A stretch of DNA of 64,000 bases from Spirochaetia bacterium (GTDB taxonomy: Bacteria > Spirochaetota > Spirochaetia > WTKD01 > G963693115): assembly GCA_965226055.1 (NCBI GenBank), contig CBDDCA010000005.1:448001-512000 (forward strand), in the 5' to 3' direction. The translations under genes and the position numbers were made by a program. The notes below the pieces were generated by a model that did no database searches, was not told where the DNA came from, and saw only the letters and a program-made list of their open reading frames with translations. Shown in pieces: positions 9,561 to 21,649 of this stretch. Numbering within the stretch: position 1 is the first letter of the stretch; the number at the start of each line of letters is the position of its first letter.

Positions 9561-10880
9561 TTACAGTGTTCTGGAACGTATATGTCCCTTAGTTGTGGTT
9601 TGTCCCTGATAATGCATTTTTTGACTGGCATCAATTTGAGACATAAGATCTAAATCTACACCAACAAGTATCAGCATTGATGTGCCTCCAAGCAAATAAG
9701 TCACTTGTTGAGGAAGTCCCAATACTATTTGTACAATAGTAGGCATTATAGCAATAAGTGCCAAAAATAAAGAACCAGGTAAAATAATTCTATTTAATAT
9801 CTTTAAAAAATACTCTTCCATATTTTCACTTCTAATTCCGGGAATAGTTCCACCATTTTCCCGTATATTTCTTGCAATTTCAATAGGATTTAAGGTAACT
9901 TGCGTATAAAAATAAGCAAAAAATATTATAAGGAGCGTAAAAACAATTATATAAAAAGGCCCTGTAGGGCGCAACCAATATAGTAAAGTAACAACAAACT
10001 CAGACTGAGAACCTAATCCTTGCAATATCTGTAAAGGGAATGTCATCAAAGATGAAGCAAAAATAACAGGAATAACCCCCGAAGGATTGAGCTTAAAAGG
10101 GATATATACATTTTGTGCACCATACATTTTTCTCCCTACTACGCGCTTTGCATAAAAAACAGGAATTCTTCGTTGTCCTTGCTGTTCAATTACTACCAAA
10201 GCCACCACAACAACAAATACAATGAACACTATGATGATATAAATTGCATTTAGCTGCCCTTCCTGCACCAAACGAAGCAAAGTAAACACTGCACGTGGCA
10301 TCTGTGCTAAAATACCAGCAAAAATTATAAGAGAAACACCGTTTCCTATACCTCGTTGATTTATCTGTTCTCCTAACCAAAGCAAAAATACAGTACCAGT
10401 AGTTACCGTAAGCATAGCAAGAGGAGCATAATATAAAAATGATAAATTTATTGCATCAGGAATAGTTCGAGCATACTGAGTGACAACATATGATTGAACA
10501 AGACATACAATTACCGTAAAATTTCTTGTATACTTATGTATTCGCTTACGTCCCCCTTCTTCTTGAGATATCTTTTTAAGAGGAGGAAGTATTACCGTAA
10601 GCAACTGCATAATAATAGAAGTAGTAATATACGGAACAACCCCTAACATAAAAATAGAAAATCGAGAAAAAGCTCCTCCAGCAAAAAAATCAAGATAGTT
10701 TACTAAATTTACTCCTACAGAATTACTATTTTGATTTTGAAGAAAATATGAGTTCAATGCATCTAAATTTATTCCAGGAATAGGAATCGCAGCACCTAAA
10801 CGAAAAATGAGCAAACAGAAAGCAGTAAAGAATACTCTCTGACGTAACTCTTGAATAGTAAAAATTGATCTAAGATTCAT
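9561..10880 (-). CDS. secY: Preprotein translocase subunit SecY
   Basis: [36 protein letters not shown]. Confidence 0.98.
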   Translation of the reverse strand: MNLRSIFTIQELRQRVFFTAFCLLIFRLGAAIPIPGINLDALNSYFLQNQNSNSVGVNLVNYLDFFAGGAFSRFSIFMLGVVPYITTSIIMQLLTVILPPLKKISQEEGGRKRIHKYTRNFTVIVCLVQSYVVTQYARTIPDAINLSFLYYAPLAMLTVTTGTVFLLWLGEQINQRGIGNGVSLIIFAGILAQMPRAVFTLLRLVQEGQLNAIYIIIVFIVFVVVVALVVIEQQGQRRIPVFYAKRVVGRKMYGAQNVYIPFKLNPSGVIPVIFASSLMTFPLQILQGLGSQSEFVVTLLYWLRPTGPFYIIVFTLLIIFFAYFYTQVTLNPIEIARNIRENGGTIPGIRSENMEEYFLKILNRIILPGSLFLALIAIMPTIVQIVLGLPQQVTYLLGGTSMLILVGVDLDLMSQIDASQKMHYQGQTTTKGHIRSRTL

Positions 10881-11370
10881 TGTTTAAATCCTCATTTTTA
10901 CTATCAACAGTATTTTCATTTCCTTCTTTTTTATGAGAATTAGCTACATTTCCACCTGCTGCCTGTATCTTTTCCTGTGCTCCTTTTGACACAAGAATAG
11001 TCTCATCTACACTAATAGATTTAGATATTGTACCATTTGAAAGTATTTTTACATATACATCTTTAGAAGCAATAAGCCCTTTTTTATGTAAACTAATAAT
11101 TGAAACAGTATCTCCACTATCAAAATGAGCATCTACACTATTCAATGAAATAATAACTGGTTCCATCTTAAAAAGGGCATTAGAAAAACCTCTACGAGGC
11201 AAACGTCTATATAAAGGCATTTGTCCTCCCTCAAAACCAAGTCGAACTCCTCCTCCTGACCGTGCTTTTTGTCCTTTTGTTCCTCTTCCTGCAGTACATC
11301 CTGTTCGAGATCCTGCTCCTCTCCCTAATCTTTTACGAGAACGAACCGTTCCTTTAGGAACACTAATCAT
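10870..11370 (-). CDS. rplO: 50S ribosomal protein L15
   Basis: GRGTKGQKARSG, GFEGGQMPLYRRLP. Confidence 0.97.
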   Translation of the reverse strand: MISVPKGTVRSRKRLGRGAGSRTGCTAGRGTKGQKARSGGGVRLGFEGGQMPLYRRLPRRGFSNALFKMEPVIISLNSVDAHFDSGDTVSIISLHKKGLIASKDVYVKILSNGTISKSISVDETILVSKGAQEKIQAAGGNVANSHKKEGNENTVDSKNEDLNNES

Positions 11371-11566
11371 TTGAAATCTCCTTCACTGAAATTAAGTGCT
11401 TAACAGTTTGTATCATCCCTTGTATAGACGCTGTGTTTTTATGAATAACACTACTATGCATCTTTCGTAATCCAAGCGCAATCAAGGTTGCTCTCTGATT
11501 TGGTTTACGCCCAATATCACTTCTTATCTTAGTTATTTGTACAGTATTTTGTGTTGCATTTTCCAT
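11363..11566 (-). CDS. rpmD: 50S ribosomal protein L30
   Basis: RSDIGRKPNQRATLIALGLRK; spc operon position; start 11566 or 11569. Confidence 0.95.
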   Translation of the reverse strand: MENATQNTVQITKIRSDIGRKPNQRATLIALGLRKMHSSVIHKNTASIQGMIQTVKHLISVKEISND

Positions 11567-11588
11567 CATAAACTCCTGACAATATCAA

Positions 11589-12101
11589 TTAACTCCAAAA
11601 ATTTTGTAATGTTTTTCCTCTATCAGAGGCTGCTTTACTTGCAGTTAACATTTGCTCAAACGCATCAAAGGTAGCTTTCACCATATTTATACTATTTCGC
11701 GATCCTAAAGATTTTGCTAAAATATCATGATACCCTGCCATCTCTAAAACAATACGCACAGGACCTCCTGCAATAATACCAGTACCAGGTGCCGCTGGAC
11801 GAAAGATAATCTTAGCTTTCGATGATTTTCCTTCTACCCAATGAGGGATAGTTGTTTTATACATAGGCACCTTTACAAGAGCTCTCCTTGCTTTATTCAC
11901 TGCCTTTCTTATAGCTTCAGAAACATCCGTTGCTTTTCCAAACCCATATCCAACCAAACCTTTTTTATTTCCTACAATAACAAGAGCAGAAAATGAAAAC
12001 CGTCTTCCTCCCTTTAATACTTTTGCAAGACGTCTAATACCTATGAGGTTTTCTGTAAATTCTGGCTGAGTAGTATCTTTATTTTTAGGGGTAAATGCCA
12101 C
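11589..12101 (-). CDS. rpsE: 30S ribosomal protein S5
   Basis: KGGRRFSFSALVIVG, PAAPGTGIIAGG. Confidence 0.97.
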   Translation of the reverse strand: MAFTPKNKDTTQPEFTENLIGIRRLAKVLKGGRRFSFSALVIVGNKKGLVGYGFGKATDVSEAIRKAVNKARRALVKVPMYKTTIPHWVEGKSSKAKIIFRPAAPGTGIIAGGPVRIVLEMAGYHDILAKSLGSRNSINMVKATFDAFEQMLTASKAASDRGKTLQNFWS

Positions 12102-12112
12102 TACAATATCTC

Positions 12113-12487
12113 CTATATTTTTATTTCATTTGATCTTAATGTATCTACAAACGATCTAATAACACCATGAAATTTAAGACCATTTCTATCAAACACTAAA
12201 CTATTGACATTAGCTTCTTTAAGTCTTTGAGCAAAAAGTTGAGCAAGACTCTTTACCGATTCTACTGTTACATTTTTTCTTTCCATTTCTTTTTCAATAC
12301 TAGAGATTGCACACACTGTGTCTTGCTTATTATCATCAATAGCTTGTGCAAAAATATTTCTATTAGACCTATATATAGTTAAGCGTAATTTTTGTTCAGT
12401 ACCATGTATTTTGGCACGTATCTTTCTTTTACGCTTTATTTTACGCTGTAACTTTGGAACAATTTTTTTATTTAATAATTTTATCAT
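12113..12487 (-). CDS. rplR: 50S ribosomal protein L18
   Basis: RLTIYRSNRNIFAQ, VFDRNG; start set at ATG 12487 after SD AAGGA. Confidence 0.95.
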   Translation of the reverse strand: MIKLLNKKIVPKLQRKIKRKRKIRAKIHGTEQKLRLTIYRSNRNIFAQAIDDNKQDTVCAISSIEKEMERKNVTVESVKSLAQLFAQRLKEANVNSLVFDRNGLKFHGVIRSFVDTLRSNEIKI

Positions 12488-12532
12488 ATATACATATCCT
12501 TGCACACAGTACCTACATATAGAGAGTACTAT

Positions 12533-13072
12533 TTATTTTTTGCCTGTTTTACCTTCTTTTCTACGTATAATTTCATCACTGTACTTAATACCTTTTCCTT
12601 TATAAGGCTCTGGTTTACGCAAACTACGTATCTCAGCACTTACCTGACCAACTTTCTGTTTACTTATACCCTCAACAATCACAGTATCTTGCTTTGGTGT
12701 TTGTATACTAATTCCTTCAGGCACAAAATACTCAAAAGATGTTGAATACCCAACATTAAAAGTAACAGATGCTCCTTTTGATTCAGCACGATACCCCACA
12801 CCTACAAGAGTAAGTGTTTTACTAAACCCTTGTGAAACTCCTATAACCATATTATACACTAATTGTCTATACAACCCATACATTTGCCTAGCTCTCTTCT
12901 CTTGATTAGTAGGAACAATAGTACATTTTTTATCATCTATCTCACAACGAATTTCGGGAACACATTTTTCCTGTAATGTTCCTTTTGGGCCATTTACTGT
13001 AATCATAGTATCACTTACTTCTATTGTAACACCATTTGGAATTTCAATAGGAATTTTTCCTATACGTGACAT
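12533..13072 (-). CDS. rplF: 50S ribosomal protein L6
   Basis: MSRIGKIPI, RKPEPYKGKGIKY; start corrected to 13072 after GGAGG. Confidence 0.97.
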   Translation of the reverse strand: MSRIGKIPIEIPNGVTIEVSDTMITVNGPKGTLQEKCVPEIRCEIDDKKCTIVPTNQEKRARQMYGLYRQLVYNMVIGVSQGFSKTLTLVGVGYRAESKGASVTFNVGYSTSFEYFVPEGISIQTPKQDTVIVEGISKQKVGQVSAEIRSLRKPEPYKGKGIKYSDEIIRRKEGKTGKK

Positions 13073-13115
13073 AATTCCTCCTCTGTAGTATGAGAAATAA
13101 TACAAATAGCACTCT

Positions 13116-13514
13116 CTACCAGATGGAACATATAAGCTCTCCTCCAACTTTCATTTCACGTGCTTGCTTATCAGTTAATACACCCTTTGAAGTTGAAATA
13201 ATAACAGTGCCAAAACCATTTCTTACTCGTTGTATATTTCTATATTTTGAATAAATTCTTCGTCCTGGCTTTGATATTTTCTTTATTTCATGAACAACAG
13301 GCTTCATAGATTCATCATATTTCAATGTAATCGTCATTGTTTTTATTGATTGAGAATTATCAATTTCATAGCTCTCAATATACCCTTCTAACTGCATAAC
13401 TCGAACTATTTCTTGATTAATCTTTGAATTTTTCACCACTAACTGTTCATGCTGTGCCATGTATGCATTTCTAATCTTAGTTAACATATCTGCTATTGGA
13501 TCTGATACTGCCAT
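13116..13514 (-). CDS. rpsH: 30S ribosomal protein S8
   Basis: DPIADMLTKIRNA, SKPGRRIY, GGELIC. Confidence 0.97.
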   Translation of the reverse strand: MAVSDPIADMLTKIRNAYMAQHEQLVVKNSKINQEIVRVMQLEGYIESYEIDNSQSIKTMTITLKYDESMKPVVHEIKKISKPGRRIYSKYRNIQRVRNGFGTVIISTSKGVLTDKQAREMKVGGELICSIW

Positions 13515-13523
13515 TTCCCCCTC

Positions 13524-13709
13524 CTACCAACTTGATTTTCTCACTCCAGGTATATACCCTTCGCTTGCATATTTTCTAAAGCATATTCTACAAAGTTCAA
13601 ACCTTCTCATAAAACCTCTTGGTCTTCCACATAACTTACATCGATTTACACGTCTTGTAGAAAATTTAGGAGATTTTTCTGCTTTAACAATCATTGATTT
13701 TTTTGCCAT
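13524..13709 (-). CDS. rpsN: 30S ribosomal protein S14, short Zn-binding type Z
   Basis: 61 aa, RCKLCGRPR...LCRICFR. Confidence 0.97.
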   Translation of the reverse strand: MAKKSMIVKAEKSPKFSTRRVNRCKLCGRPRGFMRRFELCRICFRKYASEGYIPGVRKSSW

Positions 13710-13744
13710 AAATTTATATATCCTTTTTATTTACATACCTACAC

Positions 13745-14287
13745 TTACTTCATAAAAGGAAGCTGTAATTTCTCTAATAAAGCAATAGCCTCTTCATCTG
13801 TTTTTGCAGTTGTGCAAAAAGTAATATTTAAGCCTATAACCTTATCTATTTTATCATAATCTATCTCTGGAAAAATAATATGTTCTTGTATTCCCAAAGA
13901 ATATGAACCGTGACCATCAAAACTATTTTTCTTAATACCTCTAAAATCACGAACACGAGGAAGCGCAATATGTATTAAACGAAAGAGAAATTCATACATT
14001 CTTTTTCTTCGCAATGTTACTTTCGCTCCAATTGGCATACCTTCACGCAGCTTAAAATTTGCAATAGATTTTTTTGCTTTTGTAATTACTGCCTTTTGTC
14101 CTGTAATGATACTTATTTCCTGCATAACATTTTCTACTCGCTTCTTATTTTGTATAACATCACCAACTCCAGAACTGACAACTATTTTTGTGAGCTTTGG
14201 CACTTGCATAGGAGTAGTATAATTAAATTGCTTCATGAGTTCAGGGACAATAGTATCTTTATATAATTCATTTAATAGTATTGCCAT
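13745..14287 (-). CDS. rplE: 50S ribosomal protein L5
   Basis: [25 protein letters not shown]. Confidence 0.97.
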   Translation of the reverse strand: MAILLNELYKDTIVPELMKQFNYTTPMQVPKLTKIVVSSGVGDVIQNKKRVENVMQEISIITGQKAVITKAKKSIANFKLREGMPIGAKVTLRRKRMYEFLFRLIHIALPRVRDFRGIKKNSFDGHGSYSLGIQEHIIFPEIDYDKIDKVIGLNITFCTTAKTDEEAIALLEKLQLPFMK

Positions 14288-14583
14288 TATAATACTTCCC
14301 TTGTTTTTTTAGAAATTCTTTCTTTTTTACCATTTTCAATTTTTATTCCCGCTCTCGTTTTCTTTCCTTTTGACACTAACATAACATTAGAAATATGCAA
14401 AGGAGCTTCAATAGAAATAATTCCTCCCTTCTCTTGCTGTGATTTAGGTTTTACTGCTTTTTTAATAAGATTTAATCCTTGCACAATAATTTTATCCTTA
14501 CCAACACTCACAACCTTCCCTGTTTTTTTCTTATCTTTCCCTTGAGTAATCATTACTGTATCATTCTTTTTAATATAAGACAT
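14287..14583 (-). CDS. rplX: 50S ribosomal protein L24
   Basis: [21 protein letters not shown]. Confidence 0.96.
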   Translation of the reverse strand: MSYIKKNDTVMITQGKDKKKTGKVVSVGKDKIIVQGLNLIKKAVKPKSQQEKGGIISIEAPLHISNVMLVSKGKKTRAGIKIENGKKERISKKTREVL

Positions 14584-14951
14584 TATAATACCTCCGGAGC
14601 AAGTGATATAATTTTCATCTGCCCTCTATCACGTAATTCTCTTGCAACAGGACCAAACACACGTTTTCCACGCGGATTAAAAGAAGCATCAAGAATAACA
14701 CATGCATTATCATCAAAACGAATATATGTTCCATCACTGCGTCTTGTCTCTTTACTTGTTCTTACAATCACTGCTTTTTGTACGCTTCCTTTTTTTACTT
14801 GAGATGTTGGTATTGCTCCTTTTACTGCCACAGTAATAATGTCTCCAAGATGTGCAATATAGTGTTTTGTACCCCCTAATACTTTGATACATTCTACTAC
14901 TTTTGCACCACTATTATCTGCTACTGTAAGCACTGTTCCTGCCTGAATCAT
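14583..14951 (-). CDS. rplN: 50S ribosomal protein L14
   Basis: [23 protein letters not shown]. Confidence 0.98.
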   Translation of the reverse strand: MIQAGTVLTVADNSGAKVVECIKVLGGTKHYIAHLGDIITVAVKGAIPTSQVKKGSVQKAVIVRTSKETRRSDGTYIRFDDNACVILDASFNPRGKRVFGPVARELRDRGQMKIISLAPEVL

Positions 14952-14973
14952 AATTTCTCCTTAGCTTAAAATA

Positions 14974-15228
14974 CTATTGTGCACGCGAAATAATAGAAAG
15001 CATTGCCCATTTTTTATGCTTACTTATAGGACGAGACTCTATTACTCTCACAATATCTCCAATATTTGCTTCATTATTTTTGTCATGTGCAACTACTTTT
15101 TTTGTTACTCCAATAAACTTTTTATACAGCGGATGCATCTTTCTATTTTTAATTGCTACCACAATGGTTTTATCCATTTTATTACTAACAACTTCTCCTT
15201 GAAATATTTTTTTATTTTCTGCTGCCAT
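14974..15228 (-). CDS. rpsQ: 30S ribosomal protein S17
   Basis: VVSNKMDKTIVV, HPLYKK, ESRPISK. Confidence 0.97.
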   Translation of the reverse strand: MAAENKKIFQGEVVSNKMDKTIVVAIKNRKMHPLYKKFIGVTKKVVAHDKNNEANIGDIVRVIESRPISKHKKWAMLSIISRAQ

Positions 15229-15240
15229 ATCTTTCTCCTC

Positions 15241-15474
15241 TTACTCTTGTGTTTCTTGATCATTACTTTGTATATTTTGTACATCTTGAGAATGATCAAA
15301 ATTATACATTCTTGTCAAAACTCTCGCTAATTGACGTCTTACAGTACGTAACTCAAGAGGATTATTTATTTGTCCCATAACTTTTTTTACACGCAACTCA
15401 TGATTTTTTTTTCGCAACTCATCGCGTTTCAATACTAATTCTTCAAAAGTCATTTCAGCAAAACTATTTTTCAT
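15241..15474 (-). CDS. rpmC: 50S ribosomal protein L29
   Basis: NPLELRTVRRQLARVLT; position between rplP and rpsQ; start set at ATG 15474. Confidence 0.93.
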   Translation of the reverse strand: MKNSFAEMTFEELVLKRDELRKKNHELRVKKVMGQINNPLELRTVRRQLARVLTRMYNFDHSQDVQNIQSNDQETQE

Positions 15475-15475
15475 C

Positions 15476-15892
15476 TTATCCTCTCTTTGCAAACTTTGCT
15501 TTTAATGGAAGTTTACCAATAGCACTGCGTATAGCTATTACAGCTACTTCCTCTGATACACCAGCAATTTCAAATAACACTTGTCCACGCTTAACACATG
15601 CAACCCATTGATCTAAATTACCTTTTCCACTCCCCATTCTTGTTTCTGCAGGCTTACGTGTATACGGATAATCAGGAAAAATTCTAATCCATACTTTTCC
15701 TCCCCGTTTCATTTTTCGTGAAAGAGCAATTCTTGTTGCTTCAATTTGACGAGAAGTTACATAGTTATGTGTTAACGCAATAACTCCGTACTCTCCAAAA
15801 GCAATACTGTTTCCTCTCGTAGCTTCACGAAGAAGACGTGTCCGAACCTGTCGCATCTGCTTTCTATGTTTTACTCGCTTAGGACTAAGCAT
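15476..15892 (-). CDS. rplP: 50S ribosomal protein L16
   Basis: [23 protein letters not shown]. Confidence 0.97.
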   Translation of the reverse strand: MLSPKRVKHRKQMRQVRTRLLREATRGNSIAFGEYGVIALTHNYVTSRQIEATRIALSRKMKRGGKVWIRIFPDYPYTRKPAETRMGSGKGNLDQWVACVKRGQVLFEIAGVSEEVAVIAIRSAIGKLPLKAKFAKRG

Positions 15893-15894
15893 AG

Positions 15895-16629
15895 CTATTT
15901 TCCTCCCTCTTTCGTTTGTGCAGAATATTCATAGTATAAAGAACGTGAGTTACCAGATGATTTCATTATCTTTCCAGCATCAAGACGCTGTTCTTTTCTA
16001 TAAATCTCTCCCTTAAATATCCATATCTTTACCCCTATAGCCCCATAAGTAGTCATTGATTCAGTAAAACCATAATCAATATCTGCTCTCAGAGTATGTA
16101 ATGGAATACGCCCTTCCTTAACAGTTCTATGCTGAGTCATTTCAGCTCCATTCAAACGACCAGACAATTTTATCTTTACTCCTTGCACTCCTGCTTTCAT
16201 AGCACTTGCTAATGCCATTTTTAGAGTACGTCTCCATGCAGTTCGCTGCTTTAATTGGCGTGCTATATGTAATGCCATAAGCTGTGCATTAGATTCAGGC
16301 TTATTTATCATACGTATCTTAAGTAATATCTTATGAGAAGAATACTTTGACAATTTAGCAGTAAGTTTTTCTATATTTGCACCCTTTACTCCAATAAGTA
16401 CTCCTGGCTTTGAAGTATACACAATCAGAGTTATTCTTTGAGGATACCGTATAATTTCTACATCAGAAATATCCGCATTAGTCAATTCAGGCAATTTTGC
16501 CATAGCTTTTCGTATAGCAAGATCTTCATGCAACTTTGCAAGATATTCTTTTCCAGACGCATACCAATTTGAGCGCCATAATTTATTAATACCTATTCTT
16601 AATCCATAAGGATTTACTTTTTGACCCAA
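15895..16629 (-). CDS. rpsC: 30S ribosomal protein S3
   Basis: [25 protein letters not shown]; TTG start. Confidence 0.97.
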   Translation of the reverse strand: MGQKVNPYGLRIGINKLWRSNWYASGKEYLAKLHEDLAIRKAMAKLPELTNADISDVEIIRYPQRITLIVYTSKPGVLIGVKGANIEKLTAKLSKYSSHKILLKIRMINKPESNAQLMALHIARQLKQRTAWRRTLKMALASAMKAGVQGVKIKLSGRLNGAEMTQHRTVKEGRIPLHTLRADIDYGFTESMTTYGAIGVKIWIFKGEIYRKEQRLDAGKIMKSSGNSRSLYYEYSAQTKEGGK

Positions 16630-16632
16630 ATG

Positions 16633-16983
16633 TTACTCCTTCCCTTTTAAGCTATCTTCTAATTCAACTGTTATGTGACTCATTCTTTTTAACAGAACAT
16701 CAGCACGCCCTCTTGCTCTTGGCCACATACGTTTCATTCGTGGCCCCTCGTTTATCACTATATTTTTAACAAATAAATGAGATTCATCTAACTGTGAATC
16801 TTGAGATAAAGCATTGGCTGCCGAAGATTGTGCTACTTTTTTAATCAATTTTGCTGCAGAATGCGGCATAACTTGGAGATAGGCCATCAATTCTGTATAC
16901 GGTCTTTTTTTAAGAGTATTTGCTACCCTTCTTGCCTTAAAAGGAGAAATACGCGCATATCTATGAATACTTTTATATATCAT
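16633..16983 (-). CDS. rplV: 50S ribosomal protein L22
   Basis: RISPFKARRVA, PRARGRA. Confidence 0.97.
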   Translation of the reverse strand: MIYKSIHRYARISPFKARRVANTLKKRPYTELMAYLQVMPHSAAKLIKKVAQSSAANALSQDSQLDESHLFVKNIVINEGPRMKRMWPRARGRADVLLKRMSHITVELEDSLKGKE

Positions 16984-16986
16984 ATA

Positions 16987-17265
16987 CTACCTCTTAACCT
17001 TTTTATCAGAACCAGCATGTCCATAAAATATTCTTGTAGGAGAAAATTCTCCTAACTTATGTCCTACATGTTGTTCAGTAATATACACAGGAATAAATTT
17101 TTTTCCATTATATACCGAAATTGTAAATCCAACCATATCTGGTATAATAGTAGATTCTCTTGAATAAGTTTTTATTACTATTTTTTTATCAGAACTTTTT
17201 GCATGTGCTACTTTTTTTAATAAACTATTTCGTACAAAAGGTCCTTTTTTTACTGATCTTGACAC
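16987..17265 (-). CDS. rpsS: 30S ribosomal protein S19
   Basis: [20 protein letters not shown]. Confidence 0.97.
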   Translation of the reverse strand: MSRSVKKGPFVRNSLLKKVAHAKSSDKKIVIKTYSRESTIIPDMVGFTISVYNGKKFIPVYITEQHVGHKLGEFSPTRIFYGHAGSDKKVKR

Positions 17266-17275
17266 TATATACCTC

Positions 17276-18100
17276 TTACTTTTTCTTCTTTACAAGAAAT
17301 TTACTTGAAATTTTATTTTTCTTTCTTGTTTTATATCCTTTAGTAGGCATTCCCCAAGGAGACACAGGATGTCGTCCTCCAGATGTTCGCCCTTCACCTC
17401 CCCCATGTGGATGATCATGAGGATTCATAGCAACCCCTCGCACTTTAGGACGTCTTCCTAAAATACGAGCCATCCCTGCTTTCCCAAGACTAACATTGGT
17501 AGTTTCTTCTCCTCCAACAGCACCAATAGTTGCTTTGCAACGTCCAAGCACCATTCTTATTTCTCCTGAAGGCAATTTAAGGTTAACGTATTTTCCTTCT
17601 TTTGAAGAAACTATCGCATAATTCCCAGCAGAACGTGCCATAACCCCTCCTTTCCCGAGGGTAAGCTCTATATTATGTACGGCATTACCTAAAGGAATAT
17701 TTTCAAGAGGAAGACAAGTACCGACTTTTGGTTCAGCTTTTTCTGCACTGATAACTATGTCTCCTACCTTTATACTTTTTGGAGCTAAAATATATCTTTT
17801 TTCACCATCTACATAATGCACTAAACATATATCAGCACTTCTATTAGGATCGTATTCAATACTGGCAATTTTTCCTGGTATGTTTATTTTATCCCTCTTA
17901 AAATCAATATATCGATACAATTTTTTTGTGCCACCTCCTCTACGGCGCACAGAAATAGATCCAGAACCAGCTCTTCCACTTATACGTTTTTTTCCTTTTG
18001 TAAGCGACTTAAGTGCACTCGATTCTGTGAGATGATCATATGTTCGAGAAACTCTAAATCGTAATCCCGGAGTAATTGGCTTTCTTGATCTAACACCCAT
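17276..18100 (-). CDS. rplB: 50S ribosomal protein L2
   Basis: [26 protein letters not shown]. Confidence 0.98.
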   Translation of the reverse strand: MGVRSRKPITPGLRFRVSRTYDHLTESSALKSLTKGKKRISGRAGSGSISVRRRGGGTKKLYRYIDFKRDKINIPGKIASIEYDPNRSADICLVHYVDGEKRYILAPKSIKVGDIVISAEKAEPKVGTCLPLENIPLGNAVHNIELTLGKGGVMARSAGNYAIVSSKEGKYVNLKLPSGEIRMVLGRCKATIGAVGGEETTNVSLGKAGMARILGRRPKVRGVAMNPHDHPHGGGEGRTSGGRHPVSPWGMPTKGYKTRKKNKISSKFLVKKKK

Positions 18101-18102
18101 AT

Positions 18103-18393
18103 TTATACACCTTCAAATATTGAAATACTATCACCTTGCTTTAGAGTGATAATTGCCTTTTTATAACTACTTGTATTTCCTACAAACTTCCCTTGTCGTT
18201 TCTTTTTACTATTTACATTTATTACTCTACATGATAAAGGTATCACTTGATAGAGAGTTGTAATTGCTTCCACAATCTCTTTTTTATTTGCTTGTTTTAG
18301 CACCTTAAATATATACTTATTTTGCTCTTTACTTATATTTGATTTCTCAGTAAGAAGAGGAGTAATAATAATTTTCTCAGGATACTTTTGCAT
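18103..18393 (-). CDS. rplW: 50S ribosomal protein L23
   Basis: [15 protein letters not shown]. Confidence 0.96.
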   Translation of the reverse strand: MQKYPEKIIITPLLTEKSNISKEQNKYIFKVLKQANKKEIVEAITTLYQVIPLSCRVINVNSKKKRQGKFVGNTSSYKKAIITLKQGDSISIFEGV

Positions 18394-19030
18394 ATCTTTT
18401 CTCCTTATCTAAAAAATCATTTAATTTTATAATAGCATCTTTTGTTATCAAAATTAATTTACTGTAAAGCAACGATTTTATTTCCAATTTATTAAAAGTA
18501 AATACTTTTATCCATGGAATATTTTTTGCAACTCTTTTAAGCTGTGCATTATCATCGGAAATGATAAATATCATAGGTGTTTTCTTTGCATTAAAAGATA
18601 TAATTCTTTCATAAAATTCTTTTGTTTTTGTATTTAGTAATTGCTCATTAAAATCAATAACTTGCAACTGTTTATCTTGAATTTTTTTTGAAAACAAACT
18701 ACGATACGCTACATTACGAATTTTTTTTGGCAAAGTAACACTATAATCACGAGGCTGTGGACCAAAAACAGTTCCTCCGCCTACCCATACTGGTGAACGC
18801 CTACTTCCTGCACGAGCTCGCCCCGTACCTTTTTGTCGCCAAGGCTTTCGATTTGAATAGTTTACATCACTACGCCCTTTCGTTGCAGCTGTTCCTTGTC
18901 GAGCATTTGCTAATTGATTTTTCAAAGCATAGTATATAGAGCCTTCACTAATTTTAGAAGCAAACACTGTATCGTTTAGCTCTACTGACTCTACTATTAC
19001 TCCATTACTACTTATCACTTCAAGATTCAT
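18377..19030 (-). CDS. rplD: 50S ribosomal protein L4
   Basis: [25 protein letters not shown]. Confidence 0.97.
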   Translation of the reverse strand: MNLEVISSNGVIVESVELNDTVFASKISEGSIYYALKNQLANARQGTAATKGRSDVNYSNRKPWRQKGTGRARAGSRRSPVWVGGGTVFGPQPRDYSVTLPKKIRNVAYRSLFSKKIQDKQLQVIDFNEQLLNTKTKEFYERIISFNAKKTPMIFIISDDNAQLKRVAKNIPWIKVFTFNKLEIKSLLYSKLILITKDAIIKLNDFLDKEKRYAKVS

Positions 19031-19033
19031 TCA

Positions 19034-19711
19034 CTACTCCACTTCTTTGTTATTTTCTACACTGGTATTTTCTACAATATGAACTACTTTCTTCACTGAT
19101 GGTCTAATGCGAATAGGTGCATTTACTGCTCCTGGTACAGAGCCTTGTATCAACAAACGATTATATTCTTTATCAATACTAATTACCCGCATATTCTGAA
19201 GAGTAACCGTATTATTTCCCATTCTTCCTGCACCTTTCGTTCCTTTTCTTTTTCGAGATGGATCTGCAGATTGTCCTGAAGAACCTATATGTCTATGAAA
19301 TTTAGAACCATGTCCTGCTGGACCTCCATGTACACCATGTCGTTTCATTACTCCTTGATAGCCTCTTCCTTTTGCACGCCCACTAACATCTACATATGTC
19401 ACGTACTCAAAAATTTCAACTCCAATTTCATCACCAATATTCTTATCTTCAAAGCCTTTGCTTTCAAATAACACAGAACGACTTTCAATTCCTTCAGAAA
19501 AATACCCTAGCTGTGGCTTATTTAGCAATGCCGCTTTTTTCTTAAAAGCAGAAAGAATTTTAGCAGAATATCCATTTTTTTCTTCTGTACGTTCACTTAC
19601 TACCACATTTGGCTCAACACTAATGATAGTTACAGGTATGATTTTTCCTTTATCATCAAATATCTGTGTCATTCCTATTTTTTTTGCATACAACTCTTTC
19701 ATATTACTCAT
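19034..19711 (-). CDS. rplC: 50S ribosomal protein L3
   Basis: KKIGMTQIF, KGRGYQGVMKRH; start 19711 or 19717. Confidence 0.96.
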   Translation of the reverse strand: MSNMKELYAKKIGMTQIFDDKGKIIPVTIISVEPNVVVSERTEEKNGYSAKILSAFKKKAALLNKPQLGYFSEGIESRSVLFESKGFEDKNIGDEIGVEIFEYVTYVDVSGRAKGRGYQGVMKRHGVHGGPAGHGSKFHRHIGSSGQSADPSRKRKGTKGAGRMGNNTVTLQNMRVISIDKEYNRLLIQGSVPGAVNAPIRIRPSVKKVVHIVENTSVENNKEVE

Positions 19712-19771
19712 AGACATACCTTATGTATTGATGATATGATGCACATACATACCATCTTCTATCCTTTTAGT

Positions 19772-20080
19772 TTACTGTTTTACCTGCACTTCTACCCCAG
19801 CAGGTATATCCAATTTCTGCAAAGCATTCATTACTTCAGGGCTTGGATCCATTACATCAATGAGACGAGTAAAAGTTCTCATCTCAAACTGCTCACGAGA
19901 TTTTTTATTTACATGAGGTGAGCGCAATACTGTAAATTTCTCTATTTTTGTTGGAAGAGGAATAGGACCAACAACTCCAGCTCCTAATTTTTTTACTGAT
20001 TCAACTATACTTTTTGCACCTATATCTGCCAATTTCGAATCAAATGATTTCAGCTTTACTCTAAAACGTTGATTATCCAT
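19772..20080 (-). CDS. rpsJ: 30S ribosomal protein S10
   Basis: [23 protein letters not shown]. Confidence 0.98.
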   Translation of the reverse strand: MDNQRFRVKLKSFDSKLADIGAKSIVESVKKLGAGVVGPIPLPTKIEKFTVLRSPHVNKKSREQFEMRTFTRLIDVMDPSPEVMNALQKLDIPAGVEVQVKQ

Positions 20081-20170
20081 ATCCTCTTCCTTATTGTGTA
20101 TTACTACTATCTTTATACATATTTATATATAACTGTACATGCTTCTATAAAAAGCATGCACAATATTTTC

Positions 20171-21364
20171 TTATTCAAGAATATCAGTTACTTGACCACT
20201 TGCTACTGTTCTTCCGCCTTCACGAATTGCAAAACGCAATCCTTTATCCATAGCAATAGGTTTAATAAGTGTCACCTCAATTTCAGTATTATCACCAGGC
20301 AATACTATTTCAGTTCCACCAGAAAGAACTATCTCTCCTGTTACGTCAGTAGTTCTAAAATAAAATTGTGGACGATACCCGCTTGTAAAATTGGTATGTC
20401 TTCCTCCTTCTTCTTTACTGAGAACATAGATTTGTCCCTTAAATTTTGTATGAGGAGTGATAGAACCTGGTTTAGCAACAACTTGCCCTCGTTCTACTTC
20501 ATCTTTATCAACACCACGAAGCAATAATCCTACATTATCACCTGCTTGCCCTTCATCAAGAATCTTATTAAACATTTCAACACCAGTACATACTGCTTTA
20601 CGTGTTTCGCGTATACCTACAATTTCAATTTCATCACTTGTATTGATTTTTCCAAGCTCAACTCTTCCTGTAACTACAGTACCACGTCCTTGAATAGAGA
20701 ATATGTCCTCTATAGGCATAAGAAATGGCTTTTCTACATCTCTTTCAGGAACAGGAAAATATTCATCCATAGCTTTAAGCAAATCATCTATTGCTTTTGT
20801 CTTAGATTCATCTTCCATATTTTCCATTGCTTGAAACGCACTTCCTTTAATAATTGGAATTTCATCACCTGGAAAATCATATGAACTTAGTATTTCTCTG
20901 ATTTCTTCTTCTACCAATTCTACCATTTCTTCATCATCAACAAGATCTGTTTTGTTCAAAAATACAATAATCTTAGGAACACCTACCTGTCGTGCAAGAA
21001 GAATATGCTCTCTTGTTTGAGACATTGCTCCATCTGGTGCAGATACTACAAGTACAGCACCATCCATCTGAGCTGCTCCAGTAATCATATTTTTAATATA
21101 GTCTGCGTGACCTGGACAGTCTACATGAGCATAATGACGGTTTGGGGTTTCATACTCTATGTGTCGAGTATTTATAGTGATACCTCTTGCTTTTTCTTCA
21201 GGTGCATTATCAATATCTTCATATTTCAATGCTTTTGATCCCATTGCTTTTGCACTATACATGGAAATTGCTGCAGTCAAGGTAGTTTTTCCATGATCTA
21301 CATGCCCAATAGTACCTACATTTACGTGAGGTTTATTACGTTCAAATTTTGCTTTTTCTGCCAT
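20171..21364 (-). CDS. tuf: Elongation factor Tu
   Basis: [33 protein letters not shown]. Confidence 0.99.
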   Translation of the reverse strand: MAEKAKFERNKPHVNVGTIGHVDHGKTTLTAAISMYSAKAMGSKALKYEDIDNAPEEKARGITINTRHIEYETPNRHYAHVDCPGHADYIKNMITGAAQMDGAVLVVSAPDGAMSQTREHILLARQVGVPKIIVFLNKTDLVDDEEMVELVEEEIREILSSYDFPGDEIPIIKGSAFQAMENMEDESKTKAIDDLLKAMDEYFPVPERDVEKPFLMPIEDIFSIQGRGTVVTGRVELGKINTSDEIEIVGIRETRKAVCTGVEMFNKILDEGQAGDNVGLLLRGVDKDEVERGQVVAKPGSITPHTKFKGQIYVLSKEEGGRHTNFTSGYRPQFYFRTTDVTGEIVLSGGTEIVLPGDNTEIEVTLIKPIAMDKGLRFAIREGGRTVASGQVTDILE

Positions 21365-21649
21365 ATGCAGCCTCCTTAAGTTTTTAATTGCTTTAATAGC
21401 AAAATAAATTCAAAAAAAACAATACGGCTTCTCTCTTGTCAGAAATATACAGTCGAGACATTGAAAAAACCGTTATCTGATACTTGGTATACTACTAAGC
21501 ACCAGAACCTGCTTTTAATAATAACATATCATTACTATTACAATACTATAATAGTAATACAATAACTTATTATAGCATACACAGTATACTATGACAAGTT
21601 CTTTATACTTCTATAAGTATAGCATATAACAATCATAGCAATGGCTACA

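Noticed and set aside
8649-9561. Absence of rpsD, infA, adk and map from the alpha/spc region as a novelty
   Set aside because: The same arrangement is known in Borrelia, so it is a lineage trait rather than a new finding.
9437-9634. 65-aa version of L36, and similarly extended L6, L18, L29, CsrA and TsaE
   Set aside because: The extensions overlap upstream genes or promoters; SD position and homology support the shorter starts.
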